DNA of 63,815 bases, filler included, from Hausera hauseri (lineage: Eukaryota): assembly GCA_046269625.1 (NCBI GenBank). It is 11 parts of 11 records of this genome, joined end to end, with 100 filler letters (N's around TTAATTAATTAA, not from the genome) between each part and the next. Parts side by side here need not be neighbours in the genome. Positions count along the whole stretch, not along the records: positions 1 to 6,592 come from JBJURY010083547.1; positions 6,693 to 10,857 come from JBJURY010725991.1; positions 10,958 to 15,910 come from JBJURY010380813.1; 8 more parts are not named here. One strand, 5' to 3'. The notes under the pieces were generated by a model that saw nothing but the letters and a program-made list of their open reading frames with translations, searched no databases and was not told where the DNA came from. This document shows positions 1 to 12,989 of this stretch, one piece after another; position 1 is the stretch's first letter; every line of letters begins with the position of its first letter. The position numbers were made by a program, and so were the translations under genes.

Positions 1-1417
1 TTGTGCCTGGGCCCACCCAAATCAAACGGCATTCTAAAATAAAATTAATAATAATAATAATAATAAAATTCTATGTATAATTTAGTTACATGTTTGAGGG
101 TGTCACTCAAAGCCATTATAAAACAAAATGAAATAAAATTCAAATGAACAAAATATTTCCCTAACACCCATTAAATTTTAGTTTAGGACGTATTCTCCGT
201 AAACCCACCCCCTGACACACACAGAGATGAGATCATTTCTTTTTTTTCCACAATTTTGGTAATAAAAAAAGAGGGAAAATTATAAGTCAAAATAATTATA
301 TTACAAGTTTTTTCGAGTCAAAGGAGTCGAGGTAGTTTTACGCACAGTGCGTACAGCCATACAACTTCAGGTGCCACTGGGTCAGATAAATATAATCAAA
401 AGTATGTTTATTTGTAAATTCCACGTTTAATAGAATCGTGTCTTTATATATCGGACACTGACAGAAACAGCTTCAAAGCTCATTAATAGTTAAAAAAGGA
501 AAAGCAGACAGCTGTCTGTCCCTCAGCAGCAGCGCGGGGCTTCATGTACAAATGGTGCGTAAAAGTTGTGTGCGCCAGATTCCACACACACGAGTTACGA
601 TGTATCAATTCAAAACTAACATTGAGTGAAAGGTGTGTATAAATATATGCACAGAAGTCCTGAAACTGACCTAAAAACACTAAAATGACTCCACTGTTTT
701 CTGGCTAGAGGAGCATCTGACACTGTTAGTTTTTTGTTTTGGGTAAAGGCTCAAACGATGAACCACATTTAACCGCAGACAACAAACAGAATAAGCCTAA
801 AACACAAAACTCTCTCTGTAAACTTTCTTATATTCTGTCATCGAGAAGAACGTGTTGATGTAAACATGTATCAGTGCAGCGCACCCCTGCAATGCGCACT
901 CACAGCTGCAGACTAAAATATGTGAATTGTGTAAGAAACATTATATTCTCACTTAACAAAAAAAAAACAGTCTGCTCATCAGATTAATCCAGGATAGCTC
1001 AGCTGGGATGAACCCTCAGTTCCATAAGATGTAAATATGTTCACATAGTAAAGTTGCACTGCGCATTCACTGAGCCACACCACACAGGACTGCTGCGGGC
1101 GCGCACGTGGGTGTGGTGAAGGGATGTGTATGTGTGCGCTGTGTTGAGTGCATGGGCTTTGTGGGACAGAAGCCCTGTTTTTTAGCAGCAGGCGATGGCC
1201 ATCGCACTCGTGGCTTTTTGTTGGTCAGGACCTGGTTGTGCCTGGTGTCACGCTGGTGTTTTGTGTGGTGCGCAATGCGCCCATGTGGCAGGTATTTGTG
1301 AGGGTCAGGTGCGGTGATGGTTTTGTGTGTACCCCCTAATAAAATCAAGCGCATCTGATCTGGCCCACCCATTTTTTCTCAGGCCCAGCCTAAAATCAAT
1401 TTCTGGCTACGCCACTG
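1..1417. mobile_element. Non-autonomous hAT-like DNA transposon remnant (one terminus visible)
   Basis: Ends in GGCTACGCCACTG (reverse complement CAGTGGCGTAGCC, a common hAT-type TIR start). Subterminal GGCCCACCC motif occurs near 10 and near 1362. The left end lies outside the contig. Confidence 0.4.
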
Positions 1418-1589
1418 CAGCTTACGTTTGGACCTCGGCACCTCCAGGAGCAGCTGATCAGCTGACCTGAGACACCGAGCAGGATAGTGTGGGTGAATCA
1501 GACAGGTAGGGTGGGTCAAGACCACTCAGACTCTTAAAAACAAATAAAAGAACCTTAAAATGAATTGTAAAGTGAAACAGGTAGCCTAT

Positions 1590-2700
1590 GGTTACCTGTT
1601 CAACAGTTAGCAGGTGAACTGCAGCATTCTGAACCAACTGGAGGTGTCTGAGGGAGCGTTACAGTAATCAACCCGTGATGTAACAAAAGCATGAATTACT
1701 GTGTCAACATGTTGTTTTCGAAGACATGGTTTTACCTTTGCCAGCTGCCTGAGATGATAAAAACTGGTCTTAACCACGGCTCCAATCTGGGAATCTAATT
1801 TAAAACCCCTGTCTATTTTATTACCCAAGATACGAACTGCTTTACATGCAGTGCCAGGGGACCAGCAGGTTCACAGGAGCCGCTGGGACTAAACACAATC
1901 ACTTCTGTTTTTCTCTCGTTAAAATTTAGAAAGTTTGAAGACATCCAGGCTTGGATGTCTTCTAACAGAAGTGGCCTAATTGAAAGGACATCTTTCTTTC
2001 TAACAATGAAAAAAGACCCCATGCTTCCTGAGTAAAGAACCCAAAGGAAGGAGGTAAAGAGAAGAAAGCAAGGGACCTAAGATAGAACCCTGGGGAACCC
2101 CGAAGGACAAAGGAGCAGTGGAGGAATCAGAACCAGCTATGTTGACACACATGGTTCTGTCAGACAGATATGATCTAAGCCAGTCTAGAGCGGTACCACA
2201 GATACCTACTTGCTCTAGATGTGAAATCAAAATGCTGTGATCCACTGTATCAAAAGCAGTGGCTCGGCCCGACAGGACAAGAACCGCATGGCTAATAGTT
2301 CACCAGAACCATTAGCCACGAGGAAGTCGCTGACACTTTCTTTTTTTATGACCCTCTCACTAGAACAGATTCTGTGCTGTACCTCGTGTTGAAGCTGAAC
2401 TGAAAAACCTCCAAGATGTTGTTTGCTCAAAAAAGGCTTGATCTGGGAATAGACTGTTTTTTCCAAGATTTTAGAAATAAAAGGCAGCTTGGAGATGGAG
2501 CTAAAATTTGCCAAGACAGTTTGGTCAAGGCTAGTTGTTTTAAGCAGGGGACCACCCCTGCATGTTTGAAGCTAGTGGGGACACCACCTGAAGACAAAGT
2601 GCTACAAAAAACAGCAAGGATCACCTGTTTGATGCTGCAGAACATCTCCTTAAAGAAACCTGAGGGAACAGGGTCATGAGGAGAACTGATGGTTGATTGT
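1590..2700 (-). pseudogene. Degenerate L2-clade LINE ORF2 (reverse transcriptase region), teleost-type
   Basis: Frameshifted ORFs carry ISKLPFISKILEK, LDWLRSYLSDR, GVPQGSILGPLL, WMSSNFLNFNERKTEVI and IHAFVTSRVDYCNA. Confidence 0.85.
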
Positions 2701-2824
2701 GGGCAAAATAAACTAAATTGGAAAGATTGATGCTGACTCAGCGTTCACATTCATCTGCTGACTAAAAAAAACAATCGCTCCACTCAAAATAGGTAAGAGA
2801 CATCTCCATCTTCTGCTGCTTATC

Positions 2825-2960
2825 TAAAGTCGGGTCGCTAAGGCAAGAGAAACCCAGACCTCCCTCTCCCCAGCAACACTTTCCAGCTCGTCCTGGGGGT
2901 CCCAGAGGTGTTCCCAGGCCAGAGAGGATACATAATCCCTCCAGAGTCCTGGGTCTTCCA
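2825..2960 (-). mobile_element. 3' fragment of a Rex3/Expander-like RTE LINE
   Basis: WRDYVSSLAWEHL...ELESVAGEREVWVSL resembles the C-terminus of fish RTE elements. Truncated by the TIR element at 2961. Confidence 0.6.
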
Positions 2961-3811
2961 CAGTGGTGGGCAAAGTACTTAACTCTAGTACTTCAGTATT
3001 GATACTCAGGGTCAAATCTACTCAACTACAAGTAAAAGTTACTAGGTCAAAAATTTACTCAAGTTAAAGTACTGAAGTACTTACTTTTGAAAATATTTAA
3101 GTTTTCACAAGTACATGCATTTAAAAAGTATCCAAAAGTACAAATGAAATTTTCTAATATCAGTACTTTGCTCTATTCTTTTCAGAGTGATTTTACAGAA
3201 CCTTGTAACTCAGAAACCACCTGATGTATGGACTCTGCTACAGATTCTCCACCTGTAAAGACTTCAGCATAAAAATACAATAAAGTGAGCGGTGAGTTCT
3301 TAAATGCAGACATGGAGTTATCCATGGTGAACATAGAAGACATTTAAACTGATACAAACTATTTTTAATCCTAGAATCTCAAACATGGAGCTGAGATTTG
3401 GTCATGAGTGCTGGTTTCTCTTCAATCGTCTCCATTTCTGGGTTCTGTTTGAAATGAAGGTGGAGCTCAGCTCACCACTGTTAATGAAGATGATGTCATT
3501 CTAAATCTATCCTGGATGTGAGATACGACTGTGATTGGTTTCCCTTGTGAGGAACAAAGTGTGGCCAAATGTATTTTAAGAAAGAAAAAAGCAACAGCTG
3601 ATTACAAAACTATGCTGGACCAAAAGTAACAAGTAACTAAAGGCTTCATAGAAATGTAGTGGAGTAAAAAATACAATATTTGTATTTGAAATGTAGTGGA
3701 GTGAAAGTTATAAGTACCCCAAAAACGATTACTTAAGTAAAGTAATGATACTCAAAAAATCTATTTAAGTACAGTACTCAAGTAAATGTACTCCATATTT
3801 GTCCACCACTG
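2961..3811. mobile_element. Non-autonomous TIR DNA transposon (fish hAT/MITE-like)
   Basis: 14-bp TIRs CAGTGGTGGGCAAA / TTTGTCCACCACTG with 1 mismatch. Dense subterminal AAGTA/TACTT repeats at both ends. No TSD recognised. Confidence 0.7.
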
Positions 3812-4021
3812 GCTGGCAGTCATCTTGCAGGAGGTGGACTCGCTCATCCACCTCCATCACTTCTTCATACAGCACATCAGGCATCACAACTTCCTGTTTT
3901 ACAAGTGACTGGATTCATTCACAGAGGAGGAACGAACAAGAGAAACAGGAATTTTTAAAAAAATGTGTCATTTATGTTGAAAGTTAAAACAGCAGGGTTA
4001 ATATTTAATGTTAGTCAAATA

Positions 4022-5053
4022 TGTAGTGGTCACCTCGTGTGGAAAAACAAGAAAACTTTGTCTTGAAGTCAGGCCTTGAATGAGCCTTTAAGACAGACAG
4101 ACTTCTGTCCCACTTTAAGTTTGAATTAATTCATTCTTTCAGTCTGGTATAGTTTTCCTCAGAGAAACTCAGTAAGTCAAAATGTTCCAACTATTCAGAT
4201 TGCAATGTATTGTGGACAGATAAGTGGCGTCTGGCAAGACTCTCAACTAACACATTCCTGTCTTATCTGTACTAACTTGACCCTGAATTTAGACTTCTCC
4301 CTCTTTAGAAAAACTAACAGTCAGCTGCACAGGCAGTTCGTTTTCTGCATCAAGCGGAGCAGACGCCGTGACAACACGGATTAGCTGTTCTCCCCAAGAG
4401 AGACAGCAATTCAGCCTGAAGATCTGAACCACGAGCCAAGGGGTGATCTTCAGCTGGAGAGGAGAGGAGAGTTCAGGCCGAGATAAGAGGACCGAAAGGA
4501 GCTTCTGATCCACCGTAAAACCTCCCAATTACCTGGACAGGTGACCCACACCATTCGTCTCAAGGTAAAGTAAGGCTTGTTACTAGTGTTGCTGGTCCGG
4601 CTGACATCGAGAGAACGACATGTTGCCTCTTCTGGTTCCACGGATTATTTAAGACTAATTAACTTACTTCCTCCTTTCCTTAAACCCTTTCCTTGCCAAA
4701 ATAAGTAAAGCCTCAAACACCTGGTATTTAAGATCTAAGCCAATGTTTGTGTTCTATATTAAGTGTTGGATTAATAATTAATTAAGTTCGGACGCGGACT
4801 CAATTGTTGTTGATTCTCAATCTTTTATAGGAAAACTGATTGCTCACATTAAGTTGTACAAAGTAATTTTATCCGATCGTGTAAATAAATGTCCTTTATT
4901 CATGGATCAAATCAAAATTCACTGAGTTACGTCACTTTTTGTGTGTCATTCACTCTTGCACAAAAGAGGATATTTACCGAAAAAAGGAAGATCCTTTCTA
5001 AATAATTTCCTTATAACCTTGTTATAAGAAGTGTAGGTAGCCAACCCCCTACA
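4022..5053 (+). repeat. Putative 5' LTR of a fish LTR retroelement
   Basis: TGTAG...CTACA termini, AATAAA near 4885, and a PBS follows 2 nt later. The left boundary is inferred. Confidence 0.55.
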
Positions 5054-5055
5054 TT

Positions 5056-5073
5056 TGGTGGAGAATGCGGGCA
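5056..5073 (+). promoter_or_regulatory. Primer-binding site complementary to the 3' end of tRNA-Ala(AGC)
   Basis: TGGTGGAGAATGCGGGCA is the reverse complement of TGCCCGCATTCTCCACCA, the 3' end of vertebrate tRNA-Ala. It lies directly after ...CTACA-TT. Confidence 0.8.
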
Positions 5074-5544
5074 GGGTCGATATGAAAAGAGTGATGTGGT
5101 CAATGTAGGTTATGGTACCTAAAGTAGCATTAATCTACATTGCCCTTCAAACAGATGAGATTTATCAACACCTGCATGTTGGCATGGTTAAATTCCCTTA
5201 GTATTTAACTCATTACAGTCTTACAAAACCTCAATTTCTTGGCTGGGGGTGTTCAGAACCAGTACAATGTTGTTTACCGTCTCACAGTGATGTTCCTTCT
5301 GTGTCGAACCGATTCAAACAATGAAAAGTTTAGAACGTACACGCATCAACCAAGTTAGTAAATAAGTAATAAAAGTTGGTGTTTTAATGCCTTAACTCAC
5401 TCTACTAGTCAAGATAAATCCTATGGATTTAAATTGTTATTATGGTCTTTATCTGTTTTGGGAATGTTAGACTTAGTGATTTTAAGTTTTAGTAGATGTT
5501 TTCCTTTAACACCTATTTTAGTTCAGACCTATTTTATTTTATTT

Positions 5545-6243
5545 TCAGTATCTTCTGCTTGGAAGACCTGTTTTATCCCATGAAGTCTGAGAGTTTGATT
5601 GAGTGTTGTGACTGATCATGTCTGTAGGTTTGTCCTTTTGTTTAAGTTGTTTGTGAGATCTTTGTTTGTTGTTAGTTGGTTTTGGTGGACCCATTTTAAT
5701 GTTTGTTCTTTCTGACCTTTGTTGACTTTGATCTAATTGGTGACTGAAAGCAGTTTGTTTGTTATCAGGTGGGGTACAATCCACCTGGGCATCAGTTTGT
5801 GGGCGAGAGTTCCAGTCCTGGACTCTCCTTGTCCCTTTGTTTGGTGAAAACATGTTATCAGGCCTATTTCCCCCCTTTTGGTTCTTTGTGGGAGTTTGTT
5901 TGGTCCTAATATATTTTGCATCATTTTGTGGTGGTCCGGTCTGTTTGTGGTTGTTGCAGACCTGGCACCTTTTGATGTAGTTTCTCACGTCTGTCTGCAT
6001 TTGTGGCCAGTAGGCGATTTGTTTCACTGCTTTGAGTGTCGCTTTCCTTATTTTAAGTCCTGTGGACGGAAAGTTGTTGGCATGAACTAAGTCATGGGCT
6101 TGTGCTAGCGCCACCCCCCTCTGGTTACGAGGCATCACGACTACAGGATATGTTGTCTCATGAGCAAAAGTCAGAATGCCCTGCACCATCTTCAAATGCT
6201 TTCGTGGCTTATAGAGCGTGCTAAGTTCAATGTTTGAGGCCAA
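5545..6243 (-). CDS. Retroelement pol-derived ORF: integrase N-terminal Zn-binding (H2C2) domain plus basic low-complexity tail; 5' end uncertain (gap)
   Basis: VVMPRNQRGVALAQAHD...KATLKAVKQIAYWPQMQTDVRNYIKRCQVC. No DDE core follows. Confidence 0.6.
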   Translation of the reverse strand: MASNIELSTLYKPRKHLKMVQGILTFAHETTYPVVVMPRNQRGVALAQAHDLVHANNFPSTGLKIRKATLKAVKQIAYWPQMQTDVRNYIKRCQVCNNHKQTGPPQNDAKYIRTKQTPTKNQKGGNRPDNMFSPNKGTRRVQDWNSRPQTDAQVDCTPPDNKQTAFSHQLDQSQQRSERTNIKMGPPKPTNNKQRSHKQLKQKDKPTDMISHNTQSNSQTSWDKTGLPSRRY

Positions 6244-6592
6244 AATGTCTTTAGACGCTGTGTTGTTTTCTGGGTCAGATAAGTAAGTTTATGTTAGGGT
6301 CCTGCCACTGTTGTTGGATGATTTCATTTCCTGNNNNNNNNNNTAGCTAATGTTTTTAGCAAGTTTGTCTGCTTTTGCAGTTTGGGTCAATGTTGCTGCC
6401 TTAAAGTTTGATTTGTTATCATTGGGTGTGGGTGAGTTTTGTTTACTCTTTGAGATTACATACTGAGTTGGACTCAGCTGTTTCTCTACTTGGCCTGGAA
6501 CTGATCCAGGTGAGGAGATTGTCCTGCCTCCTGAGACGTCCAGTGTGTGGCACTGGGTGTCGAACTCAGGAGGGAGATCGAAGGGCAGTGGT

Positions 6593-6692
6593 NNNNNNNN
6601 NNNNNNNNNNNNNNNNNNNNNNNNNNNNNNNNNNNNTTAATTAATTAANNNNNNNNNNNNNNNNNNNNNNNNNNNNNNNNNNNNNNNNNNNN
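6593..6692. other. Artificial contig spacer; repeated at 10858, 15911, 21331, 26027, 31001, 35888, 46326, 51498 and 56228 (100 nt each)
   Basis: 44 N + TTAATTAATTAA (stops in all six frames) + 44 N, identical at every junction. Confidence 0.98.
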
Positions 6693-9320
6693 ATGAGTGT
6701 CAGCCAAGATTTTTAAAGAAACTTTCATTGTTCGATGGAACCTTTCAAGAAGGCCATTTGCTTGAGGATGATATGGAGTTGTGTAAAAATGGGATATCCC
6801 CAAGTGTTTTACTAGCGATTGTTTTACTAGTTCCGATTCAAATTGTGGACCTTGATGTGTTATAATGTAACGTGGGGAACCAAACCGACTGATCCAGATT
6901 TTTATAATTGCATCAGCTACTAAATCAGTGTTTGTTGAACAAAGAGGAACGGCTTCAAGCCAGCGAGAAGCACGATCCATCATAGTAAGGATATATTGAT
7001 ATCCGTTGTCAGCAGGTAAAGGGTCAACAAGATCAAGATGAACTATGTGAAAGCGTAATGTGCAGGGGAAATGGTATAGCGGCGGTTTAAGGTGTTTGTT
7101 GATTTTGTATTTTTGACAGGCTATGCATTCTTTCACCCAGCCCTGTACATCTTTACGCATTGATGGCCAAACTACATGACGTTGTAACAGGCGAAAGGTT
7201 GTTTTCGAACCTGAATGATGGAGTGAATGCGTATGAACTAAAACTGGCTCTTGAAAAGGGGGTGTTAGAATGATCTTTTTATTACCGGTATTCGACGTAT
7301 CATAAGTAATGCCATCGATGATCTCGAAGGATTTGAAAGAACTAAGGAAGTCAGCAGACGGTAGATTTGCATTTAAAACTTTGGATGAAAAATCGGCTCA
7401 ACAGTGATGGAGCCAACCGACCTCGATAGAAAATCTGCTACCAAATTATGTGCCTGAGATGTATCCCAAAACAAAGATGAATGTATACAGGCATGATATG
7501 TCTCTCTTGCCTCGGTGATGGCTGTTTTAACGACATGATGAACAGGAGAGGCTTGTGATCAGTTTGAATCAGAAATGGACGAGAGAAGTAGATGTTTAAA
7601 ATGTTTTACTGCCAGAACTATGGCAAGTAACTCACAGTCAAATGTTGAATAACGGCTTTCGGGTTGTGTAAGCTTCCTAAAGTAAAATTCTAGTGGTTCA
7701 TCAACCTCTTGGAAATTCGGTGTAGTACTGCACCGGTGGCTGTGGTCGAGGCATCGGTGGTAAGTATAAGATCTGCGTTGGGCTTTGGATAGGCCAGTAT
7801 TTCGACGGATTTTAGGCCATCGCGTAAGTGATCAAACTTGGTGACTAAATCAGGAGTCCAGTGAATCAACTGCCTCCTTCCGGATGACAAATGTGTAAAA
7901 GGTGCTGTGAGCTCAGAATAATGAAGTACGTATTTGTGGATAAAGTGGAGTGTGCCTAAGAAACTTATCATGTCCATGATAGTCGTTGGTCGAGTTATGT
8001 TCTTCAATTGTTGTAGTCGATCCGGTTGTGGAGAGTGGCCGTGAGAAGTGATGACGTAACCTAGGAAATTTACCTTTGAAAGAAATGAGACTTGGCGAAG
8101 TTGACTTGCAAATTGCTGTGATGTCATCTGTGAAAGATAATACGAAGGAGTTCTTGATGTTGTTTGACTGACGTAGAGGCAACCAATGTCATCAATATAT
8201 GGATGAGAGAAGTCAAGGCCTGAGAGTACGGTATCAATGTACCGTTGAAAAGTTTGAGAAGCACTACGTAACCCAAATGGCATAAAGATATATTCGTAGA
8301 GGCCAAATGGAGTAATAATAGCAGTTTTTGGAATATCATCAGGTGCCACAGGAATTTTATGATATGCTTTATGCAAGTCAATTGTAGAGTACGTGTTAGT
8401 GTTGGTAAGGCTGTGCAGGATGTCATTTATGACAGGTAAAGGGTAAGCATCCAGGACTGTTAGATTATTTAACTGACGATAGTCACCACATGGTCTGTAA
8501 GTGCAATCTTTCTTTGTCACTACATGCAATGGTGAAGCCCATGGTGATTTAGATCTTCAAATTATGCCAGCCTTTTCGAGTTCATTGAACTCTGATTCAA
8601 CAGCTTTTCATCTGCGAGGTGACAGTGGCCCTACCTTTTGTCTAATAAGTCTTTGGTGTTCGGTGACTATGTGGTGATATGTTGTAGAATGCAGCTTGAA
8701 ATTGATGTCCTTCTTAAGAGTGCGGAAGCAAGAAGCTTTGATGAAGAATTTAAGATTGGATTCCAGCGATAAGAATGATGAAGGCATATTAGTGGAATAG
8801 TCGGTGGCTGTAATTGATGTAGAAATACGGAACACTTTATTAATGATATTCGGTTCAATCGATTGTTTCAAGATTGATTTGTTCTCACTTGATGAAATTG
8901 AAAATATTGATGAATTATTAAACGTGTTGTTATCAGCCGATGAGAAGCATGTCAAATTGACATTTGACTGAACAGGAGAAGACAAGGTGTCCGACTGGTC
9001 GTTTGGTGAGCATTTGTTGGTATTTGCAACGAAGTTTCTACGCAGGAGGCATCTATGCTTACAGTCAACTAACAAATCGTATGCAGCTAGGAAATCGAAG
9101 CCTATTATGGGAGATCTGATGTTGGCTGTGAAATTTCCAGGAGAATTTCCCTGGTAGGTTGGAGAATGTGAAAGTCAGTTTTGTGGTACCTACAATGTTC
9201 AAAGGTTGACCACAGGCAGCGAAGAGTGGAGGAGAGAAAACTGTGTTAGATGTAGCAGCAAAAGACAAAGGAAGAAGTGATAAGGCAGCTCCCGAATCGA
9301 TAAGGAAGTCTATTTGTGAT
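6693..9320 (-). pseudogene. pol: Decayed Ty3/Gypsy pol (PR-RT-RNaseH-INT), same family as the elements in C8 and C10; gag absent
   Basis: FLIDSGAA protease motif near 9300. RT motifs [23 protein letters not shown] and YIDD. RNase H motif TTDAS. Integrase motifs WVKECIACQ, HLDLV and TTPYHPQANGLLERFH. Multiple frameshifts. Confidence 0.92.
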
Positions 9321-9899
9321 GTGATAAAGTTTATTTGAACTTCAAAATGTAATCAATTAATCATTAACAATCAATTCATATTTTGTTATATTTTCATATT
9401 GCTGTCCATATACATATATACACACTAAATTGTATACAACACTAACAACACATGCATTGGTAATTATCATTTCATTCCAAATAAAAGAAACGTACAAAAT
9501 GTTCATGTTTCCCAAAAATATTCCGACAAAAAAAAGTTTGACAACTTTTGTGTCGTATAGTCACATGGTGGGGAAAGTCCTTTCATAGACACGCCAACCA
9601 CTCCAGTGCAACCAGACTAAGCGCTACAACCTCCTCCCGAGGGTAGGGGGTGGGACCGAATGAGTATTTTCCCACTACTATTAGGATAGCCTCAAAGTCT
9701 CAAAATGCAACAATTGGTGCTTTATGCATTTTTCATACTCTAAACTCGATATAATCTTTTTTGGGAAATTCGGTTCTGATACAATGATTGCTGTTGCAAT
9801 ATATCTTGTGTTCTTCGAGCTTCTCCACAGCTGATTCGCCATTGAAATGCGTAAAGCATAGTTTGCAGACCCCAGTTCTTTTGCCATGTTTTGTTCTTT

Positions 9900-10700
9900 G
9901 GAATCTCACCAGACGTTCAAAGTTCTTGATCCAGATAAAATCTCTTCACCATCATCTAACATGACCAGATCCCTATGGTCCGCTAATTCAGTTTTGTACA
10001 CATGTAAAGGATAGAATTTATCCGTTTCATTCAATCCAGATATTGATGGGCATCTGGTTTACTTGCTCAAATCTTTCAATTTCATGTATTGTTGGTGGAA
10101 AGTAATACAGCTGAAATCGTAATTATGTTGGATGTTTTGATATAAAGAAGCACGAAAAGCATGAATTTGATCCGTTACGTATTTTGAGAGAATCGCATAC
10201 TTGAAGCACATACTGTCATTATTTTTCACATTGATGCATGCTTCTTTTTGCTCAATCCATCGTTGAAGCTTTATATAAGAGCTTCCTCTCATCGGAGAGT
10301 ACTTGTGTACATGAATGATCAATCGTTTCATAGTTGCAAGAATCCACCCGCTTTTCTTATCCTGGCTCTCCTAAGCTTCACGTATGAGTTTGCATGTTCC
10401 TCATGTCGAAATTCTGATATATATTTCTGGCTTTCAATATTGGTTTGTTTTACGTTTTGGAAGCCCTATTTGATTCAACAACATTTCTCAACATTGGTGA
10501 AAGTGGCCTCTAATATTAGATTGATTTTGATGGACTTAGACTCAATCAAATTATCTTGTAGAATTCCAGCATTTTCATTCTTTTAATAATCCAGGAAGTC
10601 ATGGAGTGTAGTTTTTCCCATCCCAAGTCTGAGATCTCGCCTCATTTTCGTTCCGAATGCATGATTCTCTGGATTTCTTATCCTTCGGCCTTTGGATGGG
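9900..10700 (-). pseudogene. N-terminal fragment of a Polinton/adintovirus-type protein-primed PolB
   Basis: KYSPMRGSSYIKL..WI..KEACINVKNNDSMCFKYAILS aligns with the PolB N-terminus in C5 (24559-24801). Confidence 0.75.
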
Positions 10701-10957
10701 ACATTTGGATTGTCTGCCACCTGCTTTAATCCGGTATGAACAACTGGTTGCACTGATGTTATTACAGGATTGGATACACTACCTTATGTTCATTAAAAAT
10801 CATCTTTGACTTGGTTGTGAAACCACACCAATGAGCTTTATGATCATAAAACTGCTGNNNNNNNNNNNNNNNNNNNNNNNNNNNNNNNNNNNNNNNNNNN
10901 NTTAATTAATTAANNNNNNNNNNNNNNNNNNNNNNNNNNNNNNNNNNNNNNNNNNNN

Positions 10958-12700
10958 GTACCGTAAATATTGTCCGTAAGGCGCTAATAATAAAATATAT
11001 AGCTAGAAAACCGGAAGCTGCTTGGCCAAAATATAAGACCTTTCCCCACATCTTCTCCATAATATTTCTTCTTACTTTCCTTAGATAATCCTTGTCCATT
11101 AGATTTTCCCATTGTTGTGATTCTTCACCATCCCACATGACTCTCCGGGTTAGTTCTGTTATAACTCGTTGTCTTTGTTGTGGGAATAACAACATTTGTC
11201 GATAATATTCTAGATTTTGTTGTGTGTAAATTCCTCCATGTGATATTCCTGTTAATGGTTGAAATTTCTGATTCCTTTGCAAATTAATCAAACTCAAAGT
11301 CTTCGGTTTGGGCACTGATTCTCTTTTTGGCATTCTAATCCATTTATCGTTGTCGATCTTAAACATTGGCGACATATTAAAAGTGCAATTGTATAGTGGA
11401 GTATGATTTACATTAATATCTAATAGTATCCTCGTTACTAGCATCACATCTCGATTCTGTATGATAAACTACAGGTAATTCCATTGTACATTCGTTCGTT
11501 GGCCTGACTGATACTTCTACCTTTTTGCATTCTATTGTTATCAGTACCTCGCCCATCACTCTTCCGATAATTTCGTCGCCAACAGGCATTACTGGCGCTA
11601 CCATGCCTGGATTTGTTATTACCAATGCCACTTTATTACGCATTATTTCATAGTTTAGTTTACATTCATTCATTATTATTTCTCTATATAAACATATAAT
11701 TTCTTTCCTTACATAATTGATTAGAAAATCGATCTTGTTATCGAAATATTGCTTCAGCTTTATATCTTTCTTATCTGTTTTGGTTTTCGCCCCGGGTATC
11801 TCTTTTCTCGATAAGAAAATATCCTTATAGTTGGTTTTTGATATTTTTTCGGTACACTTATTTGTTACTCCAGTAATTTTGGATTGCATCATTTCTTCTG
11901 GGTTTTCCAAATAAACAATTGCAGCCACTTCCGTCATCTTAACTTTTTTTATTCCTTCTTTATATGTCTTTGTCTCTTTCTCCGCCGCTTTTCATACTGT
12001 TTTATTAAACTTTCCTTCTTTTAACAGCATCAACTGACATTTACTTGCAGAGGTTTCCCATGCCATTTTCGACTCTTCAGTATCACATTCGCCATTATAA
12101 TATTCACATTCACTCATAGTCGTCATCAATTTCGTTTGAGTCGAATAATCCTTCATATTCTTTCAAATGGATCTGATAGTCTTCTATGGCTACCGTTCTA
12201 GGTGCAATGGAACCTCCAACATCGTAGTCCACTCATTTACAGATGTCTTCCATTGTTTATCCATTCTTCCTTCCCTAAAAATTCTGGTATATTTTATTCT
12301 GTTTCGAACTGCCGCTATATGCGCGATTTGTATAGTTATGATACCAATCTTAAAAACATCCTGACATGCTGCTTGTGATATTATTATCGGTTAGAAAAGT
12401 GTGGGCTCAATTATGGCCGAATTTCTAGAGTAATAGCAACAATTAAGAAGGAAAAATGATCTCTTTACATAACATTCCCTGATTTTCGCCTTTATAAATT
12501 CGGATTCTTGGTATACCCAGTATGTAAGAACACTTGTCGTTGTTAACTGTTCTGGGTCGGCTTCTGGACACTTCTCTAAATCAACTAGAGAGTACTTTTA
12601 TCCTTCGCTAGGTTTAGAGCAACCATAAGCCACTATACCCACGGCTTTTGTCATTAATAATGACGTTATTAAGAGAATCTGAAGAATCTCCATTATTGAC
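10958..12700 (-). pseudogene. env: Chuvirus-like (class III/gB-type) envelope glycoprotein, degenerate, truncated at the contig end
   Basis: Signal peptide (ILQILLITSLLMTKAVG) followed by IVAYGCS (AYDC-like). Also GEVLITIECKKVEVSVRPTNECTMELPV, GGIYTQQNLEYYRQMLLFP and a C-terminal TM segment (FGQAASGFLAIYFII). These match chuvirus G motifs as I recall them. Confidence 0.8.
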
Positions 12701-12989
12701 ATACTTGTTATGCCTGGTCTAGAGGTGTTTGGTTGTGTCGCGGTTGGCGTATCTGTTACTCTTTCTCGTTCTTCTGACCTTACTATATTGGTCATTAAGC
12801 TGGTCAGCCATCCACCTCTACATTGAACCCAATTTCCTAACGTATCTTTTAAAATCTTGACGGCTGTCTTTATATTTCGCTCGATTTCTTCCAAATTTTG
12901 AGTCCGGTGATTATTTACTATTATTTTATATAGCAGATAAGATATAGCCGTTTGAGCTTTCTCTCGCGTAATTCCAGTTGCGAAGATTT

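Noticed and set aside
5056-5073. tRNA-Ala gene
   Set aside because: Only 18 nt, complementary to the tRNA 3' end including CCA, and next to an LTR end. This is a PBS.
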